Source: Tubiluchus corallicola (Eukaryota; Animalia; Priapulida). From it: 64,000 nucleotides of DNA. The notes below the pieces were generated by a model. It was not told the DNA's origin, did no database searches, and saw only the letters and a program-made list of their open reading frames with translations. Every line of letters starts with the position of its first letter. The stretch's first letter is position 1. The position numbers and the translations under genes were made by a program. This document shows, piece after piece, positions 12,701-25,829 of this stretch. The stretch covers positions 2,232,001 through 2,296,000 of the forward strand of contig JAQGDQ010000003.1 in NCBI GenBank assembly GCA_030141605.1, read 5' to 3'.

Positions 12701-15428
12701 ACAACTAAAAATACCTAATGCAACATATTAAAATAGGTGTGGGAATTTTTAATAATTTACTATTCGAACATTCCAAGGAAAAATTATTCGATAAATTGAA
12801 TTTTCGTCTTGGGATAGTCTCCTTCCAAGCTCACTGCGGTAGCCTGCTCGTACAAATAGACAAACAAAAATACAGCACAGCAGTTACTGTATCACTGTGC
12901 ATGTTAATTGTTGAGATGGAATGATAAATTTATGCACACCCATGCTCTTGTCTGGGCTGAACCATGTTAACTGTGGAGCCACAACTCCTGAAATTTACTG
13001 TTAAATATTCCACTATGAAGTTAAAAATGAGCAGTGCACGTAAATGATTTAATATAGAGTTTGCTGATTTTTGATAATTTAGTAAGCTTTTACATAACGA
13101 TCATTCTATGAAGTTTAAATAAACTTTTTTCAAAAAGTTCCAATACCAAGCTCTTTGACACCTCAAGGACAACTAAGTGTGTGCAGCATAACCAACTTCC
13201 CAGTAAATTACCCATGGTAATTAGCTGACAGCTTACTGCCACATACAGTTGCAAAGATTGTTTTTATCAGAACAAGGGTGTTGGCTTGTATAAAGGTTTT
13301 TTATATATGTGCAGGTGACACTCAACAAGTGGTCAATAGGATAATTGAAATAAGCTATAACAATCAGCATGTTCCCTGGAAAGTTTCAGACTAATGGCAA
13401 TTACTTTTTTGGACATTCAACTATATATAATATTGTGGTGGATCACAAGAACCAAAATTGTCCCACCAAAGTTTTAGGCTAATGTCAAACATGGCAATTA
13501 AAATAGCACTTTTAAGACATGCTACTATATACAGTTGTCCAATATGTCCTTTAGGAGGTCTTAGGGAGTTCTGAGTTCAAATACTGATGTCACCACTTTA
13601 TCTTATTCAATATCTTATTACAATAAATGCACTAGGTGTCAAATTCACTTGATATTATAAACCATTGATTTTGTGGTCTATTTTTCTAGACTAGAGAATC
13701 GCTCCGTGGCAATGTATGTGCCAAGGAGCGGTCATCACACAATATATACTGTTTTCGCTTGATAGATCGTACCAAACCAGACCAGGGCAAAGCCGATATT
13801 TCAGGTGTTGCAAAAGCATTCAAAGCTTCGAATAGTCGATTATTCATGGATATCTTTAATTAAAAAACAACAGACACAAATTGACAGGACCATGAATCAC
13901 AAACAGTGACTCATAAATGTTGTGACGATTAAGATTTTTGCATGCAATTTCTGAAACATGTTATACTTACTTCTTCGTGGACTTTATTAGTATGTTTCGT
14001 ATGTTTTTTCCGATTCGCATCTCTTTCTTGTATTCTTTTTTCCAGCTGTTTTCGGCTAGCTTCTGTTGATCTTCTAGATGATTTTCTTCCTACAGAAAAA
14101 GTTGGTGTACAACAGCAAGTTTTATCTTTTATGATTAAACTTCAATAATACTGCTTAAATACATACACAATCCCACAAAGTATATATGTATAGAACTTTT
14201 TATAAATAAGCCGCCCTTGCTTTACTCTCTTGCGATCATATTCTGTCTAAAGGTATACAGACTAACATCACGTCTGCACTAAGAATGCCATCAAATTTCC
14301 ACTAGCACAAACATTTAAATAATATTTACAGCTAAACAGTCTAATAAAGTAAGCTTCATGCATTAGACTGCTAACAAGTAAAAATGCTGAAAGAAATTAG
14401 CATTACTTGTGGCTAATTATATAATTTATTACATACGCACTCACCACTTAAAAATGCACTAGCATGCACACTACCATGTTTAACAAAGTGTTTTCTCTTC
14501 TCCACGGGTTTTGCTGACACTGTGGGTTTCACAATTTTCTTCTTTTTTGGTGGTTCCTGTACAGTTATAAATAGTTTGTTAAAATGAACAAAAATTTTCT
14601 ATAATGAAATTACAAACAACACTTGCAAATGCAGTTACCGTATTTCAATTCAAACAAATATTTGAATTCATAAAATCTTAAACCTAAATGTACTTTATAT
14701 GCTTTTGTGACGATTCCACATTTTCTTTTGGGTCCATCACCTTCTTGGTCACTGACGACTTCATCATCCTCACTAGCACTAATATCAGAGTCAGAAGAGT
14801 CATCGCTATCTGACTTCTCTGAATCATATTCTTGATCTTCTTCAACCTGCAAGAAATATATATTAACTTGAACATAAAAACAGTCCAGCACATTAGCAAT
14901 GACAGTTTCGTTAGCCAAGATGATTATAATAGTACATTGCAAAATTTGGCTAATTTTTATGTAAAATCGTGTTATTGTAAACAGCTGTCCTTATGTATAA
15001 CAGCTAAGGACAAACACACTGGTGGCTTCTGAGCACCTAACTACTTAGTACTATTAGAATGGTAAAGCTTTTCATATAAACAGACCAATTGTTTACCAAA
15101 ACCAGAGTCATAAAAAACAAACTGCCATTAAAATTTCAGTTACGTGATGCAAAGTGAATGTAGAATTTTGATTGTGCAGTTGTAAAAAATGAAGTTATTC
15201 TGCAACTGAATTCTCTTAAAGAAAATATTCATTTTGTAAATGTCACCTAAAACTATAAAACTTCAGTCAGGATGTACATAAATTTCATAAAAATTATGAC
15301 AGCTAGGAGGTATTTACATCTTCAAATCCACCGTATGTTGTTTTATAGAAATCATCCTCTTCTTCGGCGTCTAGCAATTTGGACATTCGATTGCCAGCAT
15401 TACTTCGTTTCTCTCTTGTTGCAGCCAT
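9757..15428 (-). CDS. VPS72: Vacuolar protein sorting 72 / YL1, H2A.Z chaperone subunit of SRCAP/TIP60; about 545 aa
   Basis: Coding exons 15428-15318, 14846-14694, 14556-14475, 14089-13971, 11358-11286, 11132-10979 and 10702-9757, all GT-AG and in phase. N-terminus MAATREKRSNAGNRMSKLLDAEEEDDFYKTTYGGF; LTQEELLEEAKITEEENLKSL; GPIIRYHSVTMPLI; YL1_C motif CPITRLPAKYFDPITQCPY. Confidence 0.96.
12118..13855. mobile_element. Fragments of a TTCGAA-rich MITE family in VPS72 intron 4
   Basis: Clusters of attcgaat/gattcgaa at 12118-12222, 12760-12810 and 13820-13855. A similar cluster lies at 29570-29625. Confidence 0.4.
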
Positions 15429-16249
15429 TTCAGAAGAGCTTTCTTCAGCTTACCTGCATCAAGAACATTAAAGGTACATTGAGTGACTCTGAAACTGCTT
15501 TTTTGCAAAATTTTATACTTCACACGTTCATTAGACAGCACAATTTTGGATCCTCAATTTCCAATCTGCAGGAGTAAGCTAAGATCTTGGGTCACAGCCT
15601 TGTAATATATGTACACGATTTTAGTTGCCCATATTACATATTATTACAGCACAATTCATAAGTATTTGTTAGTAATAATTTATAAGAGTATTTATATTAG
15701 TTAGTTAGAACATAATACAATATATTTGATGGATTTCTTCGTACGAAAAATCTGGTAGGTGGTTTTCCCCTTCAGTAAACCAGTACAGCTCATAAGCTAA
15801 TTATGTCACGATTATTAATATCAGTGTTATTAAGATTGGAAATACTTTGCGCAATAAATATCCTATTCACTCCAAGGGCAGAATTCATGTTTAAAAGAGA
15901 CAGTGTTTTTAAAACAGTACTTCTTGACCGATTTATACATGCCAGTATTATTAACAGCATTTCTCTTAGCTGTTAAAAATTCAGCACAATTCAATTTCAA
16001 TAAAAATTCAAAGGAAGAAGTCGCAGAAATCATTATCGCCATGGTAGAATGTGAGTTCTAGAGTAGGGCAAGCATGCAATGCAATGCCTTTCGATATTCA
16101 ACAATCATCAATTTTACACTTCTGTCAGTTTTAAAAATTAAACTGCCATAGAATGTACAACAATAAGCATTGAACACTTTAAAAAATACACACTTGTTAC
16201 TTACATATTTGAAAAAAACCACAGTAATGAATTCACAGCTCTAATGAAA

Positions 16250-16740
16250 TCAGGCATGCACCTTACTTATTTCGGGAGACCGAGACAGATTATATGCAAG
16301 TTGGTGGGCTTTCATTAAGCCAGTTTAAACTTATACCGTTAATTGATATCCGAGGTAATCTACATTCACTGGAACATCTAAAGAAAATACATTTGGATTT
16401 TGACATGTTAAACATTCTTATAAGCTAATTCAGCACAAGTCTTAGCGGTTTTGAAACTTATTGCTCTCGGCACTAGTGCAACATTGTCTTGGTAGCCTAA
16501 TACTCCTGCAAATTTGTTTGTAAGATGACACCCGACTGCAGCATTTCTCTGATTAAAAGTTCATCAATGTACAAAGTGAATACAATCCCAGAGAAAACAC
16601 TTCCCTGTCTTACACCCTTCTTTGTGGTAAATTCCCGTGAAGTACTTGAATTCCATTGAATACTAACTCTTTGATTCATATAAACGTTAAATAAAAAGGT
16701 TAGAGCTTTAGTTGGCAATTTGTTTTGAAAAATAACACTA
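16250..16740 (-). mobile_element. LINE reverse transcriptase fragment (pseudogenised)
   Basis: ORF 16497-16826 contains YMNQRVSIQWNSSTSREFTTKKGVRQGSVFSGIVFTLYIDELL (non-LTR RT motif GVRQG..SP.LF..YID), broken downstream. Confidence 0.85.
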
Positions 16741-16916
16741 TTGGTTTTTTTACATACAAAGAATTTTTTAGCGAATAAAGTGAATGGTTTCTGAATCCAG
16801 CGTTTTCTTCGTACTACGTTTCTCAAGTCTCAGCCTCAGCCTCAGTTAAAGTATGACAAATCTTCGAAACAAGGTGAAAAACTTCGTCGTCATACCAAAG
16901 TGTAAAAGAGGAAGTT

Positions 16917-18853
16917 GTACGACACCGACTAATCCACTAGCCCAAGTAGGACACTTCCGGTGAAACCCATGTGCTAAAAGTAATGTCGTACATGGGCAGC
17001 CCATGTAGGACACAAGCAATTTTTGTCGAGAATCAGCAATTTTGTCAAATTTTTAAAAATTCTGTGAAAGTTTCTTCATTTTATTAAAAATTGTGCTGTT
17101 GGTTGAGTTGTCGTCAGTTTGGCGCCATGAAAACTTGCTTGACCAGGTGTTTAACTTAGCATGCAGTAGGTAGGTATTGTTTTGTGGTGACTTTTCTATC
17201 TCGTTCACTGAACGAGAGTTTGTTTGTTAACAAAGCAGCTCATTTAGTACTCTAGCGTTGTTCAGCAGTATGGTTATAATAGTGGTGAAATAAAACAGTA
17301 CTACAGGTAATGTCCCACATTGAAGTCGTGTAGGTTATGTAGCCTGTTGTTATGAGTGCTAATAATGATACCAAATTGATGACTCACCACCTGATTGGAT
17401 GTTACCGACTCTGTAATGACTCTTTATCAGGCTTTTTCTGGATTGTCTTCCTCACTTTGTTTAGCATTTTTATAGATCTAGGTTTTTTCCTGTGTATTAT
17501 ATTTTGTGCGCATAAAAATTCAAAATAATGTTCAAACATTTTTTAAATGTTTGCTAAAGGCTTAATGGTTAGTGTATCTATTTTGTGTATCCGTGTCTTC
17601 GAAAATTAATAAAAGATAGATTTGACTTATTTGCTTAACTATTTACATTGAGCATAGAGACTAAAACATAAAACTAAATTTGTTTTACAAAAAGTAACTT
17701 TTTAATAATGATGGATATTCCTTGGCAATTTACAAATGTATTTTTTACAATAATATCATCATTATGATTAGTTCCATTAATAACATCATAACATTAAACC
17801 TAGTATCTAATGCTTTAAAGAGAGAAACTATGCACACAGTTATTACAGAAATAATTGCAAATTTAAAAATGAGACAGATGCTGCTAAGCCTTCACAACAC
17901 CAAAGAGTAATTTTTAACATTTAGGAAAAGCAAGGATAATTAGCTTTAATATTATCAGTAGTATTGTAACAGGTAGGGCACTGTCCTACATGGCTCGCAA
18001 GTTCAAGGACACATAGATCGCTAGGACGTTTACTTAGAAGAAAACAATTATTTACCCAAGAAGTAGTGAAACGGAGCACCTGTCTGTGAAGCGAGACAAA
18101 ATCAAAAATGATATACCTTAAATAAATAGAACTCACAGAAAAGTGGTTTTTTTTCACTTCAACAACATTAATATCGAAACCAAATTTAATATTGTCCGTT
18201 CTACCATCTCAGAATAAAATTGTTTTATTTTATCAGATGTATAATAAATTATTCAACGTGTATTGACGTTGTTAATTATTATTATTATTATTACATAAAC
18301 AAGGACAACGGACAGTGCCAATACACTTAACGACTCAATTCGCGACCTGTCTCTAGTGACACGAAAGAGTGATTTTTAACTTTTTAGGAAAGGCAAAGAC
18401 AATTAGTTTTAATAATATCAATAGTATTGTAACATGTAGGGCACACAGGTCGCTAAAATGTTTACTTAGCAGAAAACAATTTTTTGTCCAAGAGGTAGTG
18501 AAACGGATCACCTGTCTGTGAAGCGAAACAAAATAGAAAATGATACACCTTAAACAAATGTTGAAATCGCCTAAAAAGTGCGTTTATTTCACTTCAATAA
18601 CATTAATATCGAAGACAAATTTAATATTGTCCATTCCACTAGCTCAGAGTAAAATTCTTTTATTTTATCAGATGTATAATAAATTATTCAACGTGTATTG
18701 ACGTTTTTAATTATTGTTATTATTATTACTACATAAACAAGGACAGTGCCAGTGCGCTTAACAACTCAATTCGAGACCTGTCTCTAGTGTCCTACTTGAG
18801 CAGCCCATGTACGACACGTCCTACTTGGGCTAATGTATTACACGGCTCCCAGC
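16917..18853 (+). mobile_element. Non-autonomous TIR DNA transposon, copy 1 (about 1.94 kb), with an internal tandem duplication of about 460 bp
   Basis: Left end ccgactaatccactagcccaagtaggac versus reverse complement of right end ccgtgtaatacattagcccaagtaggac. Subterminal cccatgta(g/c)gacac repeats. 17901-18361 is repeated at 18362-18789. Homologous copies at 34582-36100. Confidence 0.8.
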
Positions 18854-19273
18854 AGAAGTGACGAAATTAGCCTATTGTTACGTATTTCGTTTTTGCGATT
18901 AGTGGCTACGCTGGCGGCATCAAACGGCGGATGATTAAAAAATTTCGAGCAGCGCATTGACTGTAATAATAATATTCTTAAGTTCACCGATGATGTTGGC
19001 ATAGACGCAATTTCGATAAACCGAAATCACTTTTACGTTTTTAATAAAAGAAGAATATCTCAATTAAAAGCAATTAATAGTTTAAAAAAACGAAAACATT
19101 TCATAAAAAGGAAAAAATTGTAGCAATAAGTTTGTATTATGTACTTGCAAATACCTCTTCAGTTTCTTGTCAGTAAAATTTTATTGTTCTTCCTGAGGAA
19201 AGAGGCTAGCTGACTGTGTGATGGGCTGCCTGCTATGTAAAAAAGTAATGCATTTTTTATTGATTTATTGATT

Positions 19274-19360
19274 TTTCTCTCTCTCCCTCTCTTAGAGAGA
19301 AAGAGAGGGATGGAGAAAGAGAAGAGAGAAAGAGAGAAAGAGAGAGAGAGACAGAGAGAG
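19274..19360. repeat. (CT)n/(GA)n low-complexity tract
   Basis: A pyrimidine run followed by an imperfect GA repeat. Confidence 0.85.
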
Positions 19361-21279
19361 ATCGTTTCTGTTCCTTTTGTTGAAGGTTCTGCCATTTGTT
19401 TCTTGGTCATTTTACTCCAATGCGAGATAGCGAATTTGGCACATTAAAAATTGCACCCATTTACGTGCCCTGCAATTAATCTGTATAATCACACATATAT
19501 TATATTGTAGGTTTGTGTATAAATAATTCGCACACGCACGCATGCACACAACAAGTAATTGCATATGGTGCGTCATGTATAAATAATCATTACAGCAGTA
19601 GAGATGAGTACGACTGAATTGCCAGCCTAGGGTGTCGTAACGTCTTGATACACCCATGCACACAGACTCACATACAAGTATGATGTATGCATTATTACAT
19701 ACAAAGATTCTATGAAGCTGAGCCTATATATTTAACTATATAAAATGATTGCCCTTAGCACCTAGGCCTGTATAAAATCAATTAATTTAAGCCCATCAAT
19801 AAATAATATTTATCAAGACTTGTCAGTGGATTTAGCCGCAGGTGTTTTATTAGTACGCTTGTACAAGCACATTTTTTACACGTAAACAAACTGTATTTAA
19901 TGAACAATTAGTTTGACGTAAGTCTAACTGAATCTTAAAAAAATAGGCTAAATATAAGTGATGTCTGCACATGATATATAAAGTGTTATGACACGCCTGC
20001 CGATTCTAATTTATGCGCCAGATTGGCTTCTCACCTGAATTCCGTAACTTGATTTTGACCTAGTTAGTTGGTTGTAATAGAGGTGAAAGTAATGCCGGCT
20101 GCTTAGGATGACAGCTCTGATGTTTCGTTTTGTTATTTTTTGTTCACTGATAATAGAAAAGAGGAGTAATGTCATAAATGCATTTCCGTTTGTTCAACGT
20201 GATTTTATAACCAACTCCAACTCATAACGAAGGCCAATGCATGATTATATGCTTTTTAAACATCTTTCAACTTGGAGATAACAAAACTTGTAGATACTTA
20301 GATTAAGTTTTGTTCTGGAAAAATTAATTGATCTTCTGAAAAAATCGATTTTTTCTATGAAAGGTATTACACATGAAAGTCAGGCCTAATATTTCTTCAA
20401 GTTATATTTCCTGATAAGAACATATTAAGTAGGAATGTTTTTTTAGAATATTTCCCCAGAAACAGAATACTACCAGGTACTTGCAAACTTTCTTTATGAT
20501 CAACTTTCTTAACGTCTTTTGTAAATAAGCCTATTAATTTTCATGAGATATGATTATAATAGTTTTTATTTTAACTACTAATTATTCTGTATGCCTTATG
20601 CTTGCTTTAAATAATATTCAAAATATAACAGCTGCTATAAATCGCCAAAGAGAGATGTTGGCCTCGCAGTCTTTGCTTAGTGTACAAAATATTTAACTTG
20701 TAACAAACTGTGTTATAATTAACATTTTATTATAATTACCTGGCTGCATCCTTGCGAAATTTAAAAAGACATTTTTATTTGTGTTTCACAACTCACTGCT
20801 GAGCGTATGTTAACGGGCTTTGCTTTGGTTGTCTCACAATTCATCTGCGACAGGACACGCAGCTTGCGCTATGGCGTACTTGATAACAACAGTCCGTACT
20901 TTCCCAAGTATAGTGGTATGTATATGGTGGTAAACACATACGCAAGTATATGGTGGTACCAAAGTATAGAAAACTCTTTATACACGTTGGTCACACGACG
21001 AATATTGGAGCGACCGTGACTTTAGTAACAACTACAAACATTTAGAAGGTTGGATTAATGATAAAAAGAATTGTAAAATATTGGCACAGAGAAAGGAAGA
21101 GAAGATAGTTTATATGGTAAATACTAGTTTAATATAAAGAACGGCAAGCACTGAAAGTGTTGGGTTTAAGTGTTCGTGCTAAAGTGCGATATTTCTTAGA
21201 TAACTTCTTCTTGCAAATGCTTTACTATTCACTTACATCTTTAGTATTGTATCCTGTGTTTTGGCATTGCAAAAACAGC

Positions 21280-21560
21280 TATCCTAAAATCCCTCGCTAC
21301 AGCTCAAGATAAGATAGTGAAAATCATTACATTTAGTCTATATCCTGCTATGTTACACCCTCTTATGTAATACTTAAACTGCTAAAACCTAGTGAAATTT
21401 ACTAATTAGAGCTGGCGAAATTCATGTATCATTTCAAAAATAAGAACTGACCTGAACTATTCTCTAACTATTTTACTCCCATATCTGAAATCCGTAACTA
21501 TGAAAGTAGATCTGCCACTCATGGTACATATTTTATGCCAAGATTCATGGTCAGATGACT
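21280..21560 (+). mobile_element. CR1-type LINE 3' fragment
   Basis: Degenerate translation LELAKFMYHFKNKN*PELFSNYFTPISEIRNYESRSATHG, typical of the post-RT C-terminal region of CR1/L2 elements. Confidence 0.55.
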
Positions 21561-21599
21561 AGTCATGAAATTCAACCCGGTAGATACAGTGAAGATGGA

Positions 21600-23950
21600 A
21601 GAATTAATTCCTATCGCAATCAGCATATTAAAACAACAAATCCAAAAATTAAAATCTGGCAAAAGGACTGGCATTGATTATGTATCAAATGAAATGATTA
21701 AGTCTGCAATGGATAATACTTGCCAGGCCCTTTTCTAGGCTGATGAATTCAGTACTGGAAAAAGGCAAATATCTAGAGAACTGGTCTAAGAGCATTTAAA
21801 GTCCCGTATTTAAAGGAGGAACACTATAATATTATTACCGTGGAATGACTTTAGATTTACTGATAAAAGAAAACAATAAAAAAGGCTCTTAGTTATATGC
21901 CTGCTTTATTGATTTCGCAACAGCTTTTGAAAGGGTAAGTCATGATATTAATTTTAATTAGCAAATTAAAAAGACATCGAACTGATGAACTTCCAACGTA
22001 TCATTAAAGATATATATAATAAAAGTCTAACCACAGTTAAAAAATCAGACACTTTTTCTCCCTCTTTAAAACTGAAACTGGCATTAGACAAGGTGACACT
22101 TTTAGTACAACTCTGCTTAATGTACATGTTAATGATCTTCCTAATTTTTTACCTGGTGGGAATCCCCCGACTTTGTATGACAAATTCATTAAATGCTTAC
22201 CGTATGCTGACGACCTAGTTATTTTCAGTACATCTGAAGATGGGCTACAAAATAAAATCAACAAACTAGCTTTATATGCAAAACAGAACTCATTACAAAT
22301 TAATTATATCAAAACTAAAGTTGTTAACTTTGGAAAAAAACCATCCAGTAAAACATTGAATACTCACTTTTATCTTGGCCATACATTATTAAAAAAAGAA
22401 AAACATATCAAATACCTAAGAATGTACTTTACAACAATGGTTCATACACAAAGCACTGTGATACAATGAGAAAACAAGGCATTAGGGCATGATTTAAATG
22501 AAAATCTCTAATATTTCAATTCAGTTTTGAGGTAAATATACTTCTCTGCCTATTTGAATCCCTAGTCTCACCAGTAGCACTTTATGGGTGCGAAATTTGG
22601 TGTCAGTCCTTTATATCTAAACTAAATAACATAAACACTGACAGCTGAGAAACGCTTCTAAAAAAGTGGAATCTTTTTCTATGTGAGTTCGTTCCATACG
22701 TTCAGAACAGATTCTCAAAATGGGTTTCAGGTGTCTAGGGAAGTGCTTCCAATATAGCGTGTAAAGCTGAATTGGGCATTAACCACTGCTAATTGAAGCA
22801 TCAACAATTCCTCACAAATATCTATTAATGACTCATATAAAGCCAAGGAATACATTATTTAAAAATGTGCATAGTTACTAGTCTCTTGAAGAAGTGAAAC
22901 AGCTTTATAGAAAATTAGAAGATTTTCTTTGGAAACACAAATTAAAAGAATTCAGTAATAAATCAAATTAGGGCACAGAAAACTATTTTTTACAGTGCTA
23001 CATAATGATACAGTACTAGACAAAATGGTGGCAAAAACAGACAAAGATTTTATAAATCAATGTAAAAATCAATTATAAATTAGAAGATCATCTGAAAATT
23101 ATTTCTAATAAGAAACAGAGACAAAAGATTACTATTATCGCAATTAAGATTCCAATTAAGATTAATTTCCATGACCTGGAAATAGAACGCAGTAGATATA
23201 GAAATAAAAAAGAGGATGAAAGGCTTTGTCAATACTGTCACAACAATAGCTCTAAATTAGTTTAAGACGAATTACATTACCTTTCTACTTGTCCTTTGTA
23301 TGAAGATATTAGACAAAAATGTGAGCGCAAAATATATATAATCTATCTTTACAAGATTAATATTAAAGGTAATGTATACTCAGTAATGTGGCTTTTTCTA
23401 AATACAGACCCAGAGACCTTTCACTTTGGAAACTACTTAAATGAATGTGAAAAAAAGGCAGTTATATCTTGGTGGTAATCTGTGAGTGCTGGTCAAACCT
23501 TGTGCTGTGAGTGTGTAATTTCTCGTTTGTGATTATTTTAATTATTTAGGTTTTGTGCTTTTACTATTTCTTTCTTGTTGTAGCATAAAATATTATTTCA
23601 TTAGAGCATATAATTTCTTATTAGATTTAAGTAGGCTATTTAAGTAAGTTGTACAAACTCATGTTTTTGCAACGTCACGTAATTGTATTTGTTATATTTT
23701 GTATTTCTTGTACTCTGATTTTTTTATTTGTACTTGTAATTTTTTCCATGACACACTATTGTATTTGTGAAATATGAATTTAATTGAATTGAAATTAAGT
23801 AAGTTGTAAAACTTATGTTTTTGCAACGTTGCACTATTGGATATGTTATAATTATTTTGTATTTGTTCTTGTACTTAGATTTTTTTGTAATTGTAATTTT
23901 TTCTCATGATGCACTACTGTATTTGTACAATAAAATTAAATTGAAAAATT
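21600..23950 (+). mobile_element. Decayed LINE ORF2 (RT domain, C-terminal Cys/His region, 3' UTR and tail)
   Basis: Fragments GIDYVSNEMIK, YACFIDFATAFERVSH, CLPYADDLVIFSTSEDGLQNKIN, LYGCEIW, ERLCQYC...DELHYLSTCP with many stops and frameshifts. AT-rich 3' UTR ending aataaa-(aattg)n-like tail. Confidence 0.9.
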
Positions 23951-24214
23951 GAACATCCGAGCAAAGGTGTCTGGCCTTGCGCTTGTTTAATTCAGTACAA
24001 GAATGTATTTTGATCGGAAGTGGTGCTGACAAGCCAGTGGTGTAGCAGTGTCTAATTTTTTGCTGGATTGTTTCTGCGTTTACCAGTCTGAAGGGCAGAT
24101 TTCTTTTATTTTAGTAAATAAAATGCACGCGAAAGGTCATGGTATAATGAAGTAGTTGAGGCTACAAAAATATACCATAGATGCTAAGTAATACTAATAA
24201 TAGTAATAGAACTT

Positions 24215-24590
24215 AGAAGGGTGAAGGTCATGAAAAACTCTGAATGGAAAAAAGAAATGAAGAATAATATTGAATATTTTATAAAGAATGAATATGCAGA
24301 AAAATTGCAGGAGCAGCACTAAATTAAGATTTTTAAAACATACCGAGTGGAAACGACAAAATTACATAGACAACATGCAAGGCACATATTAAAAATAAGC
24401 CTGAATATGATTAAAGTTAAAGGAAACTATAAGAATGAGTTTAAGGATCAGTTATTATGCCCAGTGTGAACATGTGCTTAAATGTGGCAGATATATTAAT
24501 GAACAGTGAAAAAGAAGGATTGCTAGAAATCAGAAATCTAGTGAACAAATGCATGGAATACAGGATAAAGACAAATAAAAAGATTAAACT
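24215..24590 (+). mobile_element. LINE 3' fragment related to 33400-34400
   Basis: SEWKKEMK...HILKISLNMIKVKGNYKNEFKDQLLCPV parallels SQWKKYIK...HILDLRLNIVKVKANFKGSFIRNLLICPMC. Confidence 0.65.
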
Positions 24591-24699
24591 TTAAAGTGGG
24601 AAAAGACAACTGAAAGATCAGCATTATAGAAAAATAGATTTTGCACCCTATAAAGGTGCCCGTCTCTGATAGGTGGGGAGAGTCGAGTATCACAATTGC

Positions 24700-25086
24700 A
24701 ATCGCAGTACAAGTCTTCTTAGGAAAGTTTTAATAATAAGATGGCAATACATAATCAGAAATGGAGATTTATACACCAGAACAAAAGAAATTTATTGGAG
24801 TTCAAAAGTCAAGATCCAAAGATTAAGATGGCTAGGACATCTTCTAAGATTACCAAATGAAGGACCAGTAAGAATTGCCTTAAAGGAAGCCTTAAATCTT
24901 TGCAAAAAAATACCTGACAAACCTAAAACAACTTGGATAGCTAAGATAAATAAAGATGTGCAACAACTTCAACCAAATCTTTCTTTAGGAGTAGAACTTA
25001 CGCTGTTAGCTGCAGATAGAAGTGGGTGGATCACTCTGATAAATGTTGATACCTCAATGCCTACAATAGGTGGAATGAGATTTTGA
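24700..25086 (+). mobile_element. RTE-type LINE 3' fragment
   Basis: LLRKVLIIRWQYIIRNGDLY...QRLRWLGHLLRLPNEGPVRIAL...KPKTTW...LAADRSGW, the classic RTE-clade C-terminus. Confidence 0.85.
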
Positions 25087-25829
25087 AGAAAAGACAAGCC
25101 ACGGGCATAGTGGTGTATAATTTTTGCTGGATTAATTTCTATGTTTACCTGTCTTGAGGGCATATTTCTTTTGTTTTAGAGTTCTGTCTGCCCTATGTCT
25201 ACAATTGATATAATGGGCATATGATCATAATGCGCAGTCATTTAGACGAAGTGGAAAAGTTATCGTAAAATTGTTGTAGGCTGTTTATTAAAGCTAAAAC
25301 GTTTGAGCAGGTGTGGAGCCTTACTAGGAGTAGCATCTGAAATAGAATCTGGCACAATCGTTTAACACTTTAACCTCATTATACTAGCTCATATAACTTC
25401 ATAGGACTGCCGGTATTAAAAGTGTGTGGTAGTCATTCGGTCATTATTATTATTTTAAACTGTTAAATGAAAACGGGAAGTGCATCATTTAGGACCGCAC
25501 GAAATCGTGAAACTTAGCTATAAGTAAGGAAGCCGAGTGAAATTGTGAAACTTATAAGGAAAAGAAAAAGAACTAATCATTCATCCTATAATATACCTAG
25601 TCACTACTATACCAGTCAGACAGCTTGCAACCTTGGCTTTGGCCCCTTCCCATTTCCGACAGCCAGTGCGGCTTGTGTATAGGCACTGTGGAACTGCCAC
25701 ACTATTTTCACTCGATATTATCTCTAATATTCAATATAATTTCTTTTTTCTTTAATGCCTTATAATTGTGCATACTTGTAAATCCTTGTGCTGAACCAGC
25801 GCATGTGGCAGAACTGTGTACTTCGCAAT

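Noticed and set aside
21600-25086. Novel RT-based system (retron/DGR-like)
   Set aside because: The RT fragments are ordinary non-LTR retrotransposon remnants with multiple stops and frameshifts.
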